Numbered from the stretch's first letter, positions 1 through 11,562 are shown. The stretch: DNA of 52,549 nucleotides from Candidatus Onthoplasma sp. (GCA_045614345.1 JAZLCR010000002.1:1-52549), one strand, 5' to 3'. Notes: a model not told the origin generated them from the sequence alone. A program made the numbers and translations.

Positions 1-38
1 AGGTATAGTATTATTTTTTCCATTTTTAATGAGTTTTT

Positions 39-500
39 TTACATGTGTTTAAAGAAATGAATATTGCTTTGTTCTAATATTGTTGCTAAATTTATTAAGA
101 GATTTGAAATGTTTTTTGAACTTTGAATGGCGAATTTTTTATAATATTCTTTTTCCTCAATTTGAGACCATTGATTAAACATGGTGTTGATTTTTATTGT
201 TCTTCGAATTAGATTAAAGATGTTGAAGTTGGAGATGGTTAATGAATCGATTGTTGAAAGTTTAAAGAGTTCATTAATTGAATCCGAAACTTGTATTAAG
301 TGGTTGTGTAATTCGTGTAGTGATTTTTCAATATGTTTGTTGAAGTGATTTTTAAGTTGAAAAAAAGAAAGATGCGTTTCGCGTAATTCTTTTTGTATTT
401 CAAAAATGAGTTCCTTTCGTGTGGGGTTTTGTCTAGAATATTCCACATTCAAAATTTGATAGTCTCCATTGCTTAGAATTGGAAAGTCGTTATATTTCAT
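39..500 (-). CDS. hypothetical protein, 153 aa
   Basis: Intact ORF ending in TAA. Its composition matches neighbouring genes and it is predicted to be helical and His-rich (HFNKHIEKSLHELHNHL). I recognise no family motif. Confidence 0.55.
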   Translation of the reverse strand: MKYNDFPILSNGDYQILNVEYSRQNPTRKELIFEIQKELRETHLSFFQLKNHFNKHIEKSLHELHNHLIQVSDSINELFKLSTIDSLTISNFNIFNLIRRTIKINTMFNQWSQIEEKEYYKKFAIQSSKNISNLLINLATILEQSNIHFFKHM

Positions 501-597
501 ATTATAAATTATTTTCTTAAATTAAATTTTAGAATAGCATATGTATAATTTTGAATTGAAGAATTAAAAAAGCACATTTTGTTAATGTGCTTGATTT

Positions 598-1983
598 TTA
601 TTTTTTAACAATTTCATATTCATTTTTTGGTTTGTCGATAATGGTGAAACCAAGTTCTGAAATTTTATCTCTTAAAATGTCGCTAGTTGCATAATCCTTA
701 TTGATTCTTGCGAGTTTTCTTTCTTCTGCAATTGCGACAATTTCTTCAGGAATTGCGACTTTTTCTTCTTCAATTGTGTCTAACTTTAATCCTAAGAATT
801 TATCAAAATCTAAGATTAATTCATAGATATCTTTGCTGTCGGGATTATTTTTTAAAATATCCCAAACAACAGATAATGCTAGAGGTGTGTTCGCGTCATC
901 TGCGATAAATGATTTAAATTTATTTTTATAAGATTCCAAAACATCTAAATTTGTTCTGTTTGTTCCGGATTTGTGTTTTAAGGTAAGTTTCTTCAAGTTG
1001 TTATAACTTTCCTTTGCATTGTTTAGTGCTTCGAAAGTGAAGTTTTGAGGTTTAGAGTAATGAGCTGACAAATAGAACAATCTTAGATCCATTGGTGAAT
1101 ATCCATTTTCTTTTAAGCTTGATAATGTGTATATTGAGCCCTTAGACTTGCTCATTTTGCCGCCGTCAAACATTAGATGTTCAAGATGGAACCAGTTATC
1201 AACAACATTGATTCCTGTTTTTGCAAAATTTTGAGCAATTTCGTTTTCGTGGTGAACTGTTTTGTGTTCAATGCCTCCGCCGTGTAAATCAATGTGCGTT
1301 CCCAAATATTTATTTCCAATTGCGCTGCACTCAATATGCCAACCAGGATACCCAACACCCCAAGGACTATTCCATTTTTGAATGTGGTTGTCTTTGGCAA
1401 TTACCCACAAAACAAAATCTGCAGGATTTCGCTTGACGTCGTCAACTTCAATTCTTGCTCCAAACTTTTTGTCGTTTTGATTCATGCCTCCGAGTTTACC
1501 GTAGTCTAAATATTTGCTAGTGTCGAAGTAAACTCCGTTTTTTGTGATGTATCCATATCCGTTATCAATTATATCTTGAACAAAATTTATGATGTCGGAA
1601 ATAACGGTTGTTGCTGGACAAATATGTTCTGGCATTTCGATGTTTAAATCAGTCATATCGTTTTTGCAAAGATTCCAATAAAAGTTTGCAATTTCAGCTG
1701 GGGTTTTTTGTTCGCGCTTAGATGCAACCTCCATCTTGTCTTCGCCTTCGTCTTCGTCGCTTGTCATGTGTCCAACATCTGTAATGTTCATAACGTGGTT
1801 AATGTTGTAACCCAAATATTTAACTGCGCGACGCATAACATCCATTACGTAGAATGCGCGCATGTTGCCAATGTGTTGGAACCAATAAACAGTGGGGCCG
1901 CAGAAATAAAAATTAACAGTGTTATTAATTGGTTTGATTGCTTGTTTTGTTTTTGTTAAAGAATTGTATATTACAAAATCCAT
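598..1983 (-). CDS. cysS: cysteine--tRNA ligase
   Basis: Class I aaRS signatures are present: a HIGH-box variant HIGN ([10 protein letters not shown]) and KMSKS ([10 protein letters not shown]). The 461-aa length is typical of CysRS. An RBS (AAGGAAAC) lies upstream of the ATG on the minus strand. Confidence 0.93.
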   Translation of the reverse strand: MDFVIYNSLTKTKQAIKPINNTVNFYFCGPTVYWFQHIGNMRAFYVMDVMRRAVKYLGYNINHVMNITDVGHMTSDEDEGEDKMEVASKREQKTPAEIANFYWNLCKNDMTDLNIEMPEHICPATTVISDIINFVQDIIDNGYGYITKNGVYFDTSKYLDYGKLGGMNQNDKKFGARIEVDDVKRNPADFVLWVIAKDNHIQKWNSPWGVGYPGWHIECSAIGNKYLGTHIDLHGGGIEHKTVHHENEIAQNFAKTGINVVDNWFHLEHLMFDGGKMSKSKGSIYTLSSLKENGYSPMDLRLFYLSAHYSKPQNFTFEALNNAKESYNNLKKLTLKHKSGTNRTNLDVLESYKNKFKSFIADDANTPLALSVVWDILKNNPDSKDIYELILDFDKFLGLKLDTIEEEKVAIPEEIVAIAEERKLARINKDYATSDILRDKISELGFTIIDKPKNEYEIVKK

Positions 1984-2248
1984 AGTGTGTTTCCTTTTAT
2001 GTCTATATTATAAATCTTATTCAAGTAAAAGTGAAGAGAATAAAATTGAGTAAAAAATTAAAAAATATTAAAAAAATATTCAAAAAAAACAAATAAAAAG
2101 CACAAAAAATTAAAAATTTCACAAAAAAATATAAAAAATTAAAAATTTTAATTTATTTCAATCGTTTTTTTAGGTATTTAAGCTGTTTTCGCAAGCAAAA
2201 TAATTTTATATATTTATAATATATTTTGTAATTTTTTGTGCTAAATAT

Positions 2249-2278
2249 TTGATTAAAATAGTGTCAATGTGTTAAAAT
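2249..2278 (+). promoter_or_regulatory. putative sigma-70 promoter of the giant-lipoprotein/sipW operon
   Basis: -35 TTGATT (2249-2254), an 18-nt spacer, and an extended -10 TGtTAAAAT (2270-2278). An A-tract-rich region lies upstream. The RBS AAGGGG sits 7 nt before the ATG at 2302. Confidence 0.4.
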
Positions 2279-2301
2279 ATAACTAAATAAAAGGGGTTAA
2301 T

Positions 2302-5300
2302 ATGTCGCAAGTAAAAAAAGCAAAATGGGGTTTATTAATAGTTTTTATATTTATGTCGTTTTTTATGTTTGGATGCGACAAGTCGGTTCCTGTTAACGAT
2401 ATTCATTTTGACTTAACCGATGGGAAACAAATAGTTTTGATGGTTGGTCAAACCTTGGATATGAAAGATAGGATTGTGATAACTCCATCTTATGCAACAA
2501 ACCAACATTACACTCTCACAAGTTTTAATGAAGATATTGTTGGTGTTCAAAACAAGTCGTTGGTCGCTGTTTCCGAAGGTGCAACTCAGATTAGAATTGT
2601 TTCTGAAGATAATGAGTTAAAAGAAGATCTCATGACAGTTATTGTTAAGAAAACAAAAACAACATTGAATGCTCCTTTAAACTTGAAATATGATAATTCA
2701 ACTCAAAGTTTTAGCTTTGATGCTGTAACTTATGCATCTTCATATACCTTCAAAATTGATGGTGAAGAATTTGATTTGGGCAATAGTACAGTGTTTAACT
2801 TAAGTCAATATCGCGGGCAAGCTTATGATAGACCGTTAGTTGTTCAGGTTAAAGCAAACGCACCAAGTTATACATATGCCTTAGAGGGTTCGAGATATTC
2901 TGAAGAATATAAAATTTATCAGGCTGGCGAATTAAAGAACGTTGAGGTTAAAGCGGGAGTTTTATCTTTTGAAAAAACAGTAGGGACAATTCCTGTTAAT
3001 ATCTATTTTAACAATGAATTGCAAAACACAAACAAAGAAACATCAAGAGTTGTTACTGTTTCACTAAAAACTTTGGAAGAAAAATATTCAAACACAACAA
3101 TGAAAGTTGGGGTTCAGGCAATTATTGATCAAAGCATTAAAGACAATTTAGGTAATGAAATTGAGTATTTTGACTCTATTAGAAAAGAAATTGACCTAAA
3201 AGTAATTGAGGTTCCAGAAATCACATTTGGTGTTGGGGAAATTTCATGGCAAAACATTCTTTATGTTGGAAGTTATGATATTTACGTTGATGGCAAAAAG
3301 TGTGCCGAAACAACTGATAGTTACTTTGATTTGAGCAAGATGGCTAATTATGATAAATTGCTTAATGAAGATAGTGAGCATGAGATTAAGGTTGAAGCTC
3401 AAATTGCTTCTGATGCGATAAATATTGGCAGATCAAAGAAAAGTAGTTCAATTAGAGTTAAAAGATTAAGATCAACAACAATCAAGTGTGAGGGTACTCG
3501 TGTTTGTTGGGATGGTGTCGAAGATGCTCTTTATTATAATGTTTCATTATTTAACACGGATCAAAATGAGGTTTTCTTAACGGCATTTTCAACAACTCTT
3601 TTAGAACATGATATGGCAGAAATGGGGTCTGGCAATTATAAGATTTCTGTTCAGGCTGTTGCTGATGTTTCATTGAGTGGTCAAGGAATTTATTATGTGG
3701 CATCGAAAAGTGTAGAACTTGCGTTTAATAAGCTGGCATCAATAAAGGCAGAAATTAAAAACTATAAACTTAGAATAAGTAACTTGGGAACGGGCTCGTG
3801 TGAGGCGGATTTTGACGTTGATGATTTTGATATGCAAGTTAAAGGAACTGGTGGGTTGGTTGAAATTAATCTTGCAGATCTAACATTTCCAGCTGGGCAT
3901 CACTCTATTGTTTTAAAAAGAGCAGGTGATGAAGATTCAATCGAAAGCGACAGCACAGTTCTTGAGTTTACGCAACTTGAAAAAATAACAGAAATCAAAA
4001 TTGAAGATGGTGAAATGTTTGTTGATCTGTCTGATGCGAACAACGGGGCAACTATTAGATATACCGTAACAGGTGGGACACTCGTAACGCCTTTTTGGCC
4101 AACAGGTAGGTATAAATTTAATACAACAAACCCTGGTGAAATGAATTTCTTGGGCGCTGGCGAGTATGAAGTGGGCGTTCAGGTAATAGGTGACGGAACT
4201 AACACATTCTCTTATAGAGAGTCGGGAGTTGTTGTTGAGTGTGCAACAAGGATATTTTATGTTTTGGATATTCCAACAGCTGAAGTGAAAGATTCATCAA
4301 AGTCCGAGTTTGAATTTGTGAGCATGGCAAATGTTAGCAAATATGGTATTTATAAAATTGAGAATGGGGTGCCGGAGTTTGCTAATGAATCTGAAACAGT
4401 CATTTGTGACTTTGAATTGGAATCAGGAACATGTTGCTTTGGATTACAAGCAATTGGTGATGGTTCGAATTATTTAAATTCTTGCATATCTGAACCTGTG
4501 GTTGTAACAAGACTTGAATCACCAACTCTAAAATATAATAGTGCAACAAAGATTGTTTCATATGTAGAGCCTAACAATGCTGATCTTGTTGCTGGTCACG
4601 TGTTGACACAAGATGGTGATATGATTGAATATGACTTCTTGTCACCAATGGAATTAAAAAATTCCACAACATTAGCATACAAAACAATTGCGGTTGTCAA
4701 AAAAGATGATGTTTATTATCTCAATTCATGGCCAAATGAGTTGAAGTTGACCAAAATTTCAAGCGATGTGAACATTTCATTAAACGACGACAATAACATT
4801 GTTATTGACGCTGTTGATCATGAGGCAGAATATTTGCTTAAAGTTGTAATTAATGATGGTGTGAATGTGTATAACCTAAACTCTGAAGGTGGAAAACTTA
4901 TTGGAGATGGTGTTGAACTTGAATATGAATATACTGATAATAAATATATCATTGAAATAATAAAAGATTTCAATATTATAATTGATGACCTTAACGAGAG
5001 TTTCAATATTAAAGTTGAATTTATTCACCAATCAACTGGTGATGATAGTGTAATCAATAGCGAACCTGTGGATGCAGATCTTGAATTTGTTAATCTCAAC
5101 AATTTGGCAACCATAACCATTGATGAACACAACAGAATAGTAATCAAATCAGAGATTGAAAAAGAATGTGGATTAATTATTAAAATCATAGGAAACTCTG
5201 TGTTAACATTCGTTGGCAATGGAGACAAACTTGTTTCAAATCATAATGAATTAGATTATTATTATGAAGATGGATCTTACTATATTACAATTCTTGATGA

Positions 5301-8300
5301 ATTATATAACGCTAAGCATATTGTATTTAAAGATGATTTTTCAATTAATGTAATATTTACGCACAATAAAGATGCAAATGTTACAACTGATTTGGATAGT
5401 GGTTTAAGCGATGTTGCCGACATTGATGTTCAAGATCAATCATTGTTTGAAAGACTTGATCAAGCATTGGAATTTGAAAAAACAAAAGAGACTCATACTT
5501 GCGAAAACTATATGTTCATTGTTGAAAACTTAACAAAAGGCACACATTTCTTTATGGAACTAACTGAAAGTGTTGCTGTTGCGGGTGATGGTGTTTTCTC
5601 TGTTGAGGTAGAACATATTTATGATATGATTGCAACAGATGATTTGTTGGATGTTTATGCTGTTAGCGTTGTAACATTAAAAGAGTCTTCAAGTTTAACC
5701 GTTTCTAGAAGAGGCGAACACATGTTGATTCAGAAGGCAGAAGCGTTGATTGTTGATTCAGCTAAAGATAATAATGGCGCAAACAATTCTGTTGTTATTA
5801 AGCTTAAGGATTTTGAGTCTAGAGCGTATTTAAACTATAAGCATGTGTTTGAAATCTTCAGCAAAGAAGGCGAATTTGAAACAATAAGACAAGAATTTGA
5901 TTTTGTTACAGATGTTGACAACATTAAGTTTAATTTAGATGATATTGCTAATTTAAGTGGAAATATTTATATTCATGCTTATATTGAAACTCAATCTCTC
6001 ATTCTTGGAGTTGAAACAAGTTATGAAGACAATGGTAAAACTATTCAAGTGTTTAATTCAGACAATTCAAATGAGTTGAAATTTGAAAAATTACAACCAG
6101 TCGAAGATCTGTATGTTCAAGATAATGTTTTGACTTTTAGTGCTGCTGCAAATGCCGTTGGGTACGAAATTTATCATTATGACAATTCAGGAAAACAATT
6201 TATTAAACTTAACACTTCTTTGGTCACAACAAACAGATATGTGTTAAATTTGGACGAAGCAACACGCATATATGTTAAAGCAATATCTAAAGATAATGGA
6301 TACACCAATTCAAATCAAAGTGAGGAGATTTCAGTTCAAGGAATTAGCATAGAAAGTGTGTCGGTTGAAGAGGGTTTGTTTAAAATCCAAATTAAATTAA
6401 CAAAAGAAATTGTTGAATCGTTCGACAAAAAGGAAGACATCATTAAACTCACACCTGTTGTGAAAAATGGCGCCAACTATAGTGACATAAATTTCAATAA
6501 TGCTATTGCTAATCAAGAAATAAAATTAAAATACACAAATGAGTATCTTGAAATGGTATGTGAGCCGTCTTTAGTGTTGCAATATGCCGCAGATGGTGAA
6601 ACATCAATGCTTGCAGAAAGTATTGGTTTCAAGATTAAAGTTCAACCAGCAGCTGGTGCAAGTGATGATGTTTATTACTTAAATTCAAATGAAATGATGG
6701 TTGATAGTGTTAGTTATGGATTATTCAAACCAAAAAATATTGTTAAAAACAGTAATGGTGTTGAAGGATTGGAATCTATTTCATGGGAAAATGATCCATC
6801 TAATGGATATGGTGAAGAAAATATTGGATATATATTTAAAATTGTTTATGCATCACAAGATGGAATTGATAGGTATTATTCAAGTGATACAAATTTAAAA
6901 TATTATAATAAAGCCAATGGAACATATGAATCTTATGTTTCTGCAACCAACAAATACATAGAAAATCCTATTATTGTGTTCCCGGCGGGCTATGATACAA
7001 ACAGTGATGGCATGTTAGATGTTTTCTTTGAGGCTGGAACATATAGGATTTCAGTTCAAGCTGTTCCAATGGGGATTGAGGATGGTAAAAATATTTGCAG
7101 ATCAAAATACTCAAAAGAATTTGAATTTGAAATTTTGGAAAAACCTGAAGTGAAAGCAATGAATGGAAATTTGATATGGGAAAAAGTTAATGCTGAAAAA
7201 TATCAAATAACATTCTATAATAAAGATACGGATGAAATCATTGTAACTGAAGAGGTTTCAAGACCAGAATATAATTTCACAAATAAAACTGGCGCAATTG
7301 CTGAAATGAGCGGAATCATTAAGGTTGAAGTGAGAGCGTTGGGAGGTGGATCAGACAATGTTTTAAACAGCGTTCCAAGTGATCCGATTTATATCTATAA
7401 ATTACCAATGGACAGCACAATTAAAGTTGATGATGGTTACTTGGTTCTTGAATCAATAGATTTGTTCTCAGAAGCATTTATTGAATTTGTGAGCGATGAT
7501 GTAACATATAATGTTAGATATCAAAATCCTGTTGATGTAAAATTGAAGTTGATTGATTTGGGCATAACAACGCAAGATGGCATGACAACCAAATGGAAAG
7601 ATGCAACTGGAACAATCGGTGAAGAAGTTTCAACTAAGATAAAAATAGATGAACTTGCAGGCGGAAGGGATTACATCATTAAAGTTACATTAATTGGTTA
7701 TGGTAATGATTTGTTGATTGTTAGTTCATCAAAACAAACACAACCACAAATGCTTAATGTTACAAAATTAAATCCAAATAAAGACAAGCTAAATCTTGGC
7801 AGTGTTAAATACTATCCGGATGAACAATATGCTACCTATGAGAATGTGTTCACATCAAATGTAACATTAAATTATTCATTTAACGAAACAATGGTAGATG
7901 CGGATTCATTCTGGAACAACAAAACAGTAATATACAAAATTAAAGTTTCTCATTCTGGAACTGAAACATATATTTATGCTGTTGATTACTATAGCTTCAT
8001 TAAAGAAATTAATTCACCAAACAAAACTTTGAGTGATGGTGACTATGAGATCTTACCAGAAAAGGACGATATGTTTGCATATGTTAAATATACATGTGCT
8101 GATGGTGAAGTTCTATATTTCAATGTTTATAAAGAAAATACAATAAGCTTGCAATATTATGATAGCATAAGATACTATGCAATTTCAGAAACTTTTGAAA
8201 ATGGTAGAAACAAACTTGTTGGAGTGTCAACAGGTGAAATAGACATTAAAAACATCGATTTAACAAAATCAGATGATGTAACATTCACAATTGATGTATC

Positions 8301-11300
8301 AATGATGGGTGGTGACAGCTTCGAAAGAACAACACAAACATTTGTTGGCTGTTTAAGCTCAAATTCAAGCACTACCCACAAATTTGTTAAATATAGCAAA
8401 AATGAATTGTCTGTTTACAAGGGTAAACTTCAATTTAGAGACTTGTTAGCAAAAGTGAAAAATGAAGCTGGAAACGGGTTTGATATAATTGACTACCCTA
8501 TTTACAGATTGGAAGCAAGGCTCAACAATAATAATGAAATTAACAAATTGTTCTATTTATATTATGAAGGTATGGAAGATGATGCAAGAGAGATTGCTGC
8601 AAAATTTGATGCACAATCAATTGATTTGGCAGAATTCTATCAAGTTGAAATTGATGAAGATCATGAAGGATATTTGTATTTTGATTTGTCTAATTACATC
8701 AATCCAACTCAATACAAACTTTCAATTTTAACTCTTGCAGGAAAAGGTGTGGGAGGATCTGAAGAAAATTACAGACTTAACGCAACTATTTATGCTGACA
8801 AAACAATAAACAAATGGACAAATGTTGATTTTGAAATTAAAGATGGCTATATAGAATTCGCACAAAGTAAGTTTGAAAGTATTGAAACATACTATTGCAC
8901 TAACTATGAAGTTAAAATAACAAATACAAGTGGATATGATATTATTTACTATATTAATGAAACAAGTGAGGGTGTTACATTTAAAGATTACAAGGTGAGA
9001 TACGCTCTTCCAGGTGAAATTCCATTTGATGGTGGAACGCTTGTTCTTGATGAAAATAAAGACTATAAGATTGATATTAAGGCAATGTGTGATCAATATG
9101 ATACAATAAATATCAACGGAAGTTATTCAGAAGAATCAACAGTTTTCAAAAAGGCTAAAACCTTTAATAATGTAAGAATTGAACAAGGTGTCTTAAAGTG
9201 GAACATCAAAGATGGTGATGAATTTAATGGCGCTCAAATCTTGATATTAGTTTATAACAAAAGTGATAAGAGTAAAGTTGTTGGAAAAATTCAAATGCCA
9301 ATTGTTGCAAGCAAGGTTGGAAATGATTACACATACACATTTGAAGATATTCAATATCCTTTAACAAATGTAACAGGACAAATGTATTTAACTTCAGATT
9401 ATGATTACGTAATTAGTGTGTGTCATAAAGGCAACAGTTCTTCAGTTGTGGATAGTAATTATATTACAGTTGAAAGACCTGTTCAAAGATTGGAAAAAGT
9501 TCAAAAGATTGAAACTACAGATGGTTTGCTAACTTGGAACGCCGTTGATGGTGCAATTTGCTACGAAGTTATTTTGACAGGTGCACAATCATTGTTGGTT
9601 AGAACAGAAAACAATGAAACCTCCCTTGATATTGGCAGTCTTTTAAGTAATTCTGGAATATATTCAGTTAGAATTCGTGCAATTGGAAGTCAGGATATCA
9701 ATTCAATGCTTTCAGATGAGGTTGATGGATTCGTTCAGTTGGGAGCGGTTGATCAAGAATCTATATCAATAACAGGATCAGCTGTTGTTTGGAACAAAGT
9801 TTATAATGCCGTTTACTATAAATTGTTGATTAATTACACAGACGGAGATGGTGAGCCTGCAGAATTTGAAACTGAAATTGAAGATACAAATAGTGACGAC
9901 GTGATGAGTTATAGTTTAAATTTCGAATTTAGTGGAACATATACAATAACAATCACACCAATTGGTAAAGCTAATGATAAAAAATTCAATGGAAAACCAG
10001 CGGTCTTTGAAGGAACAAAATCAAGACCAAACACAGTGGCAGGAGTAAATTATGATAGCAACTCTAATGAGATTGTTGTGAATGTTGACACTGATGACTT
10101 CAGGGATAAAGATGAAATTAAAATCACATATAAAATTGCAAAATATAGTAGTGCTTTTAGATCTGAAGATTATTCATATATGGTTGATTTGGTAAAAAAT
10201 CAAATGGGATATAGTTCAGACTTTAGAACAATTTCATATGACAAAAATAATTCAACTGGTGAATATAGATTGAAGCTGACAGAAATGGCATATTATTTCG
10301 AGATATTCGTTGAGGTTACAAGACCTGGAACTTTATCGTCTTATCGTTCTTCATGTGAAGCAATAAACTTGGATCTATTCAGCTATGGTGCGGGTGTTGA
10401 AGATAATACATATGTTGTTAACACAGAAGATCAATTCTTTAACATTAAACATTATTCAAGTTCAAGATATTTGCTCGGTTCAGGAATTAACTTAAGCGCT
10501 GAAAAAGTTATATCTAAACTTACAGAAAATGGTACATATGTTATAGCTAATGAGTTCTCAGGAATCATTGATGGTGATGAAAAGAACTTAATTATTGATG
10601 GTGAAATTAAGTTGCAAAATGCAAAATGCTTCGCATTGTTTGGTAAATTAACAGGAACAATAAAAGATTTAATTGTTGGCGACACAGGAAAATCAATAAT
10701 TTTATCAAATACATTTGGAAATAACCTATCAAGTGTGATAAACTTATCTTTGATAGCAATAGAATCAGAAGGGGCAACATTAAGTAACATAGAAGTTCAA
10801 GATTATAAAATTAAAGTAACAACAACTATGGACAAAAACAAACTTGGTTCAATGTATGTTGGTGGATTGCTTGGTATAAGCAAGAGAACAACAATAACAG
10901 GAATTAAAATTCATAATATTGAAGTTTCAATTGAAGGAATGTTCACTAGAGACTACCCTAATTCATTGCAAGTTGGAGGAATAGTTTCAGACGCCGTTCG
11001 AACAAAAATTGAAAATTCTTATGTTTCATTAAAATTGAGTTCAAGAACAATTTTAGACTATGTTGGAGGAGCTGTTGCTTATTGGCAAGATAGTTCACCA
11101 CTCAACTCAAATTATGGAATATTCAACACAACAGTTGTCTTCAATTCTGATGCAACTGCATATAATCTCGGTGGAATTGTCGGATTTGCAAAATACATTT
11201 TGATAGACAATTCAAGTGTTAGCGGAGAATATTCTGCAAAAGCAATTAGTTGTGATGTTAATATCGGTGGAATTGTTGGACTTGGTAATGGAATAACAAT

Positions 11301-11535
11301 TAATGAATCTGGATCTAATGTTGATTTTTCGAAAGTATCAATAGGTCAAAGATCTGAAAATCAATGGTTTGGAGGAATTGTTGGAAAACTTGAAGGTTCA
11401 TCATCAGAAATAACACAATGTTATTGTTATAATATTGCAATTGGAGCTACAAGTATTTCGGTTGACAAAATAATAACCATGGGAATTTATGGAAAAAATT
11501 CATCAGGTGTTGAAATTGATTGCGAAATTAGATAA
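2302..11535 (+). CDS. giant surface lipoprotein, 3077 aa: lipobox signal, Big_2-like Ig domain, long array of FN3/Ig-like modules, C-terminal GLUG-motif module
   Basis: The N-terminus MSQVKKAKWGLLIVFIFMSFFMFG|C has Cys25 at nt 2374-2376. Residues ~30-115 fit the Big_2 pattern (VGQTLDM...ITPSYATNQHYTLTSFNEDIVGV...VSEGATQIRIV). A recurring module signature appears many times (ISWQNILYVGSYDIYV, VCWDGVEDALYYNVSL, LIWEKVNAEKYQITFY, LTWNAVDGAICYEVIL, VVWNKVYNAVYYKLLI). The last ~375 aa (nt ~10405-11532) carry VGGLLG/VGGIVS/LGGIVG/IGGIVG repeats. Confidence 0.93.
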   Translation: MSQVKKAKWGLLIVFIFMSFFMFGCDKSVPVNDIHFDLTDGKQIVLMVGQTLDMKDRIVITPSYATNQHYTLTSFNEDIVGVQNKSLVAVSEGATQIRIVSEDNELKEDLMTVIVKKTKTTLNAPLNLKYDNSTQSFSFDAVTYASSYTFKIDGEEFDLGNSTVFNLSQYRGQAYDRPLVVQVKANAPSYTYALEGSRYSEEYKIYQAGELKNVEVKAGVLSFEKTVGTIPVNIYFNNELQNTNKETSRVVTVSLKTLEEKYSNTTMKVGVQAIIDQSIKDNLGNEIEYFDSIRKEIDLKVIEVPEITFGVGEISWQNILYVGSYDIYVDGKKCAETTDSYFDLSKMANYDKLLNEDSEHEIKVEAQIASDAINIGRSKKSSSIRVKRLRSTTIKCEGTRVCWDGVEDALYYNVSLFNTDQNEVFLTAFSTTLLEHDMAEMGSGNYKISVQAVADVSLSGQGIYYVASKSVELAFNKLASIKAEIKNYKLRISNLGTGSCEADFDVDDFDMQVKGTGGLVEINLADLTFPAGHHSIVLKRAGDEDSIESDSTVLEFTQLEKITEIKIEDGEMFVDLSDANNGATIRYTVTGGTLVTPFWPTGRYKFNTTNPGEMNFLGAGEYEVGVQVIGDGTNTFSYRESGVVVECATRIFYVLDIPTAEVKDSSKSEFEFVSMANVSKYGIYKIENGVPEFANESETVICDFELESGTCCFGLQAIGDGSNYLNSCISEPVVVTRLESPTLKYNSATKIVSYVEPNNADLVAGHVLTQDGDMIEYDFLSPMELKNSTTLAYKTIAVVKKDDVYYLNSWPNELKLTKISSDVNISLNDDNNIVIDAVDHEAEYLLKVVINDGVNVYNLNSEGGKLIGDGVELEYEYTDNKYIIEIIKDFNIIIDDLNESFNIKVEFIHQSTGDDSVINSEPVDADLEFVNLNNLATITIDEHNRIVIKSEIEKECGLIIKIIGNSVLTFVGNGDKLVSNHNELDYYYEDGSYYITILDELYNAKHIVFKDDFSINVIFTHNKDANVTTDLDSGLSDVADIDVQDQSLFERLDQALEFEKTKETHTCENYMFIVENLTKGTHFFMELTESVAVAGDGVFSVEVEHIYDMIATDDLLDVYAVSVVTLKESSSLTVSRRGEHMLIQKAEALIVDSAKDNNGANNSVVIKLKDFESRAYLNYKHVFEIFSKEGEFETIRQEFDFVTDVDNIKFNLDDIANLSGNIYIHAYIETQSLILGVETSYEDNGKTIQVFNSDNSNELKFEKLQPVEDLYVQDNVLTFSAAANAVGYEIYHYDNSGKQFIKLNTSLVTTNRYVLNLDEATRIYVKAISKDNGYTNSNQSEEISVQGISIESVSVEEGLFKIQIKLTKEIVESFDKKEDIIKLTPVVKNGANYSDINFNNAIANQEIKLKYTNEYLEMVCEPSLVLQYAADGETSMLAESIGFKIKVQPAAGASDDVYYLNSNEMMVDSVSYGLFKPKNIVKNSNGVEGLESISWENDPSNGYGEENIGYIFKIVYASQDGIDRYYSSDTNLKYYNKANGTYESYVSATNKYIENPIIVFPAGYDTNSDGMLDVFFEAGTYRISVQAVPMGIEDGKNICRSKYSKEFEFEILEKPEVKAMNGNLIWEKVNAEKYQITFYNKDTDEIIVTEEVSRPEYNFTNKTGAIAEMSGIIKVEVRALGGGSDNVLNSVPSDPIYIYKLPMDSTIKVDDGYLVLESIDLFSEAFIEFVSDDVTYNVRYQNPVDVKLKLIDLGITTQDGMTTKWKDATGTIGEEVSTKIKIDELAGGRDYIIKVTLIGYGNDLLIVSSSKQTQPQMLNVTKLNPNKDKLNLGSVKYYPDEQYATYENVFTSNVTLNYSFNETMVDADSFWNNKTVIYKIKVSHSGTETYIYAVDYYSFIKEINSPNKTLSDGDYEILPEKDDMFAYVKYTCADGEVLYFNVYKENTISLQYYDSIRYYAISETFENGRNKLVGVSTGEIDIKNIDLTKSDDVTFTIDVSMMGGDSFERTTQTFVGCLSSNSSTTHKFVKYSKNELSVYKGKLQFRDLLAKVKNEAGNGFDIIDYPIYRLEARLNNNNEINKLFYLYYEGMEDDAREIAAKFDAQSIDLAEFYQVEIDEDHEGYLYFDLSNYINPTQYKLSILTLAGKGVGGSEENYRLNATIYADKTINKWTNVDFEIKDGYIEFAQSKFESIETYYCTNYEVKITNTSGYDIIYYINETSEGVTFKDYKVRYALPGEIPFDGGTLVLDENKDYKIDIKAMCDQYDTININGSYSEESTVFKKAKTFNNVRIEQGVLKWNIKDGDEFNGAQILILVYNKSDKSKVVGKIQMPIVASKVGNDYTYTFEDIQYPLTNVTGQMYLTSDYDYVISVCHKGNSSSVVDSNYITVERPVQRLEKVQKIETTDGLLTWNAVDGAICYEVILTGAQSLLVRTENNETSLDIGSLLSNSGIYSVRIRAIGSQDINSMLSDEVDGFVQLGAVDQESISITGSAVVWNKVYNAVYYKLLINYTDGDGEPAEFETEIEDTNSDDVMSYSLNFEFSGTYTITITPIGKANDKKFNGKPAVFEGTKSRPNTVAGVNYDSNSNEIVVNVDTDDFRDKDEIKITYKIAKYSSAFRSEDYSYMVDLVKNQMGYSSDFRTISYDKNNSTGEYRLKLTEMAYYFEIFVEVTRPGTLSSYRSSCEAINLDLFSYGAGVEDNTYVVNTEDQFFNIKHYSSSRYLLGSGINLSAEKVISKLTENGTYVIANEFSGIIDGDEKNLIIDGEIKLQNAKCFALFGKLTGTIKDLIVGDTGKSIILSNTFGNNLSSVINLSLIAIESEGATLSNIEVQDYKIKVTTTMDKNKLGSMYVGGLLGISKRTTITGIKIHNIEVSIEGMFTRDYPNSLQVGGIVSDAVRTKIENSYVSLKLSSRTILDYVGGAVAYWQDSSPLNSNYGIFNTTVVFNSDATAYNLGGIVGFAKYILIDNSSVSGEYSAKAISCDVNIGGIVGLGNGITINESGSNVDFSKVSIGQRSENQWFGGIVGKLEGSSSEITQCYCYNIAIGATSISVDKIITMGIYGKNSSGVEIDCEIR

Positions 11536-11562
11536 AGAGTTTTAGCGTAATAGGAGATAAAA

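Noticed and set aside
708-1959. Five short ORFs overlapping cysS: 708-908, 1173-1400, 1221-1436, 1294-1509 and 1708-1959.
   Set aside because: They sit inside a well-supported cysS reading frame and have no motifs or RBS. They are shadow ORFs.
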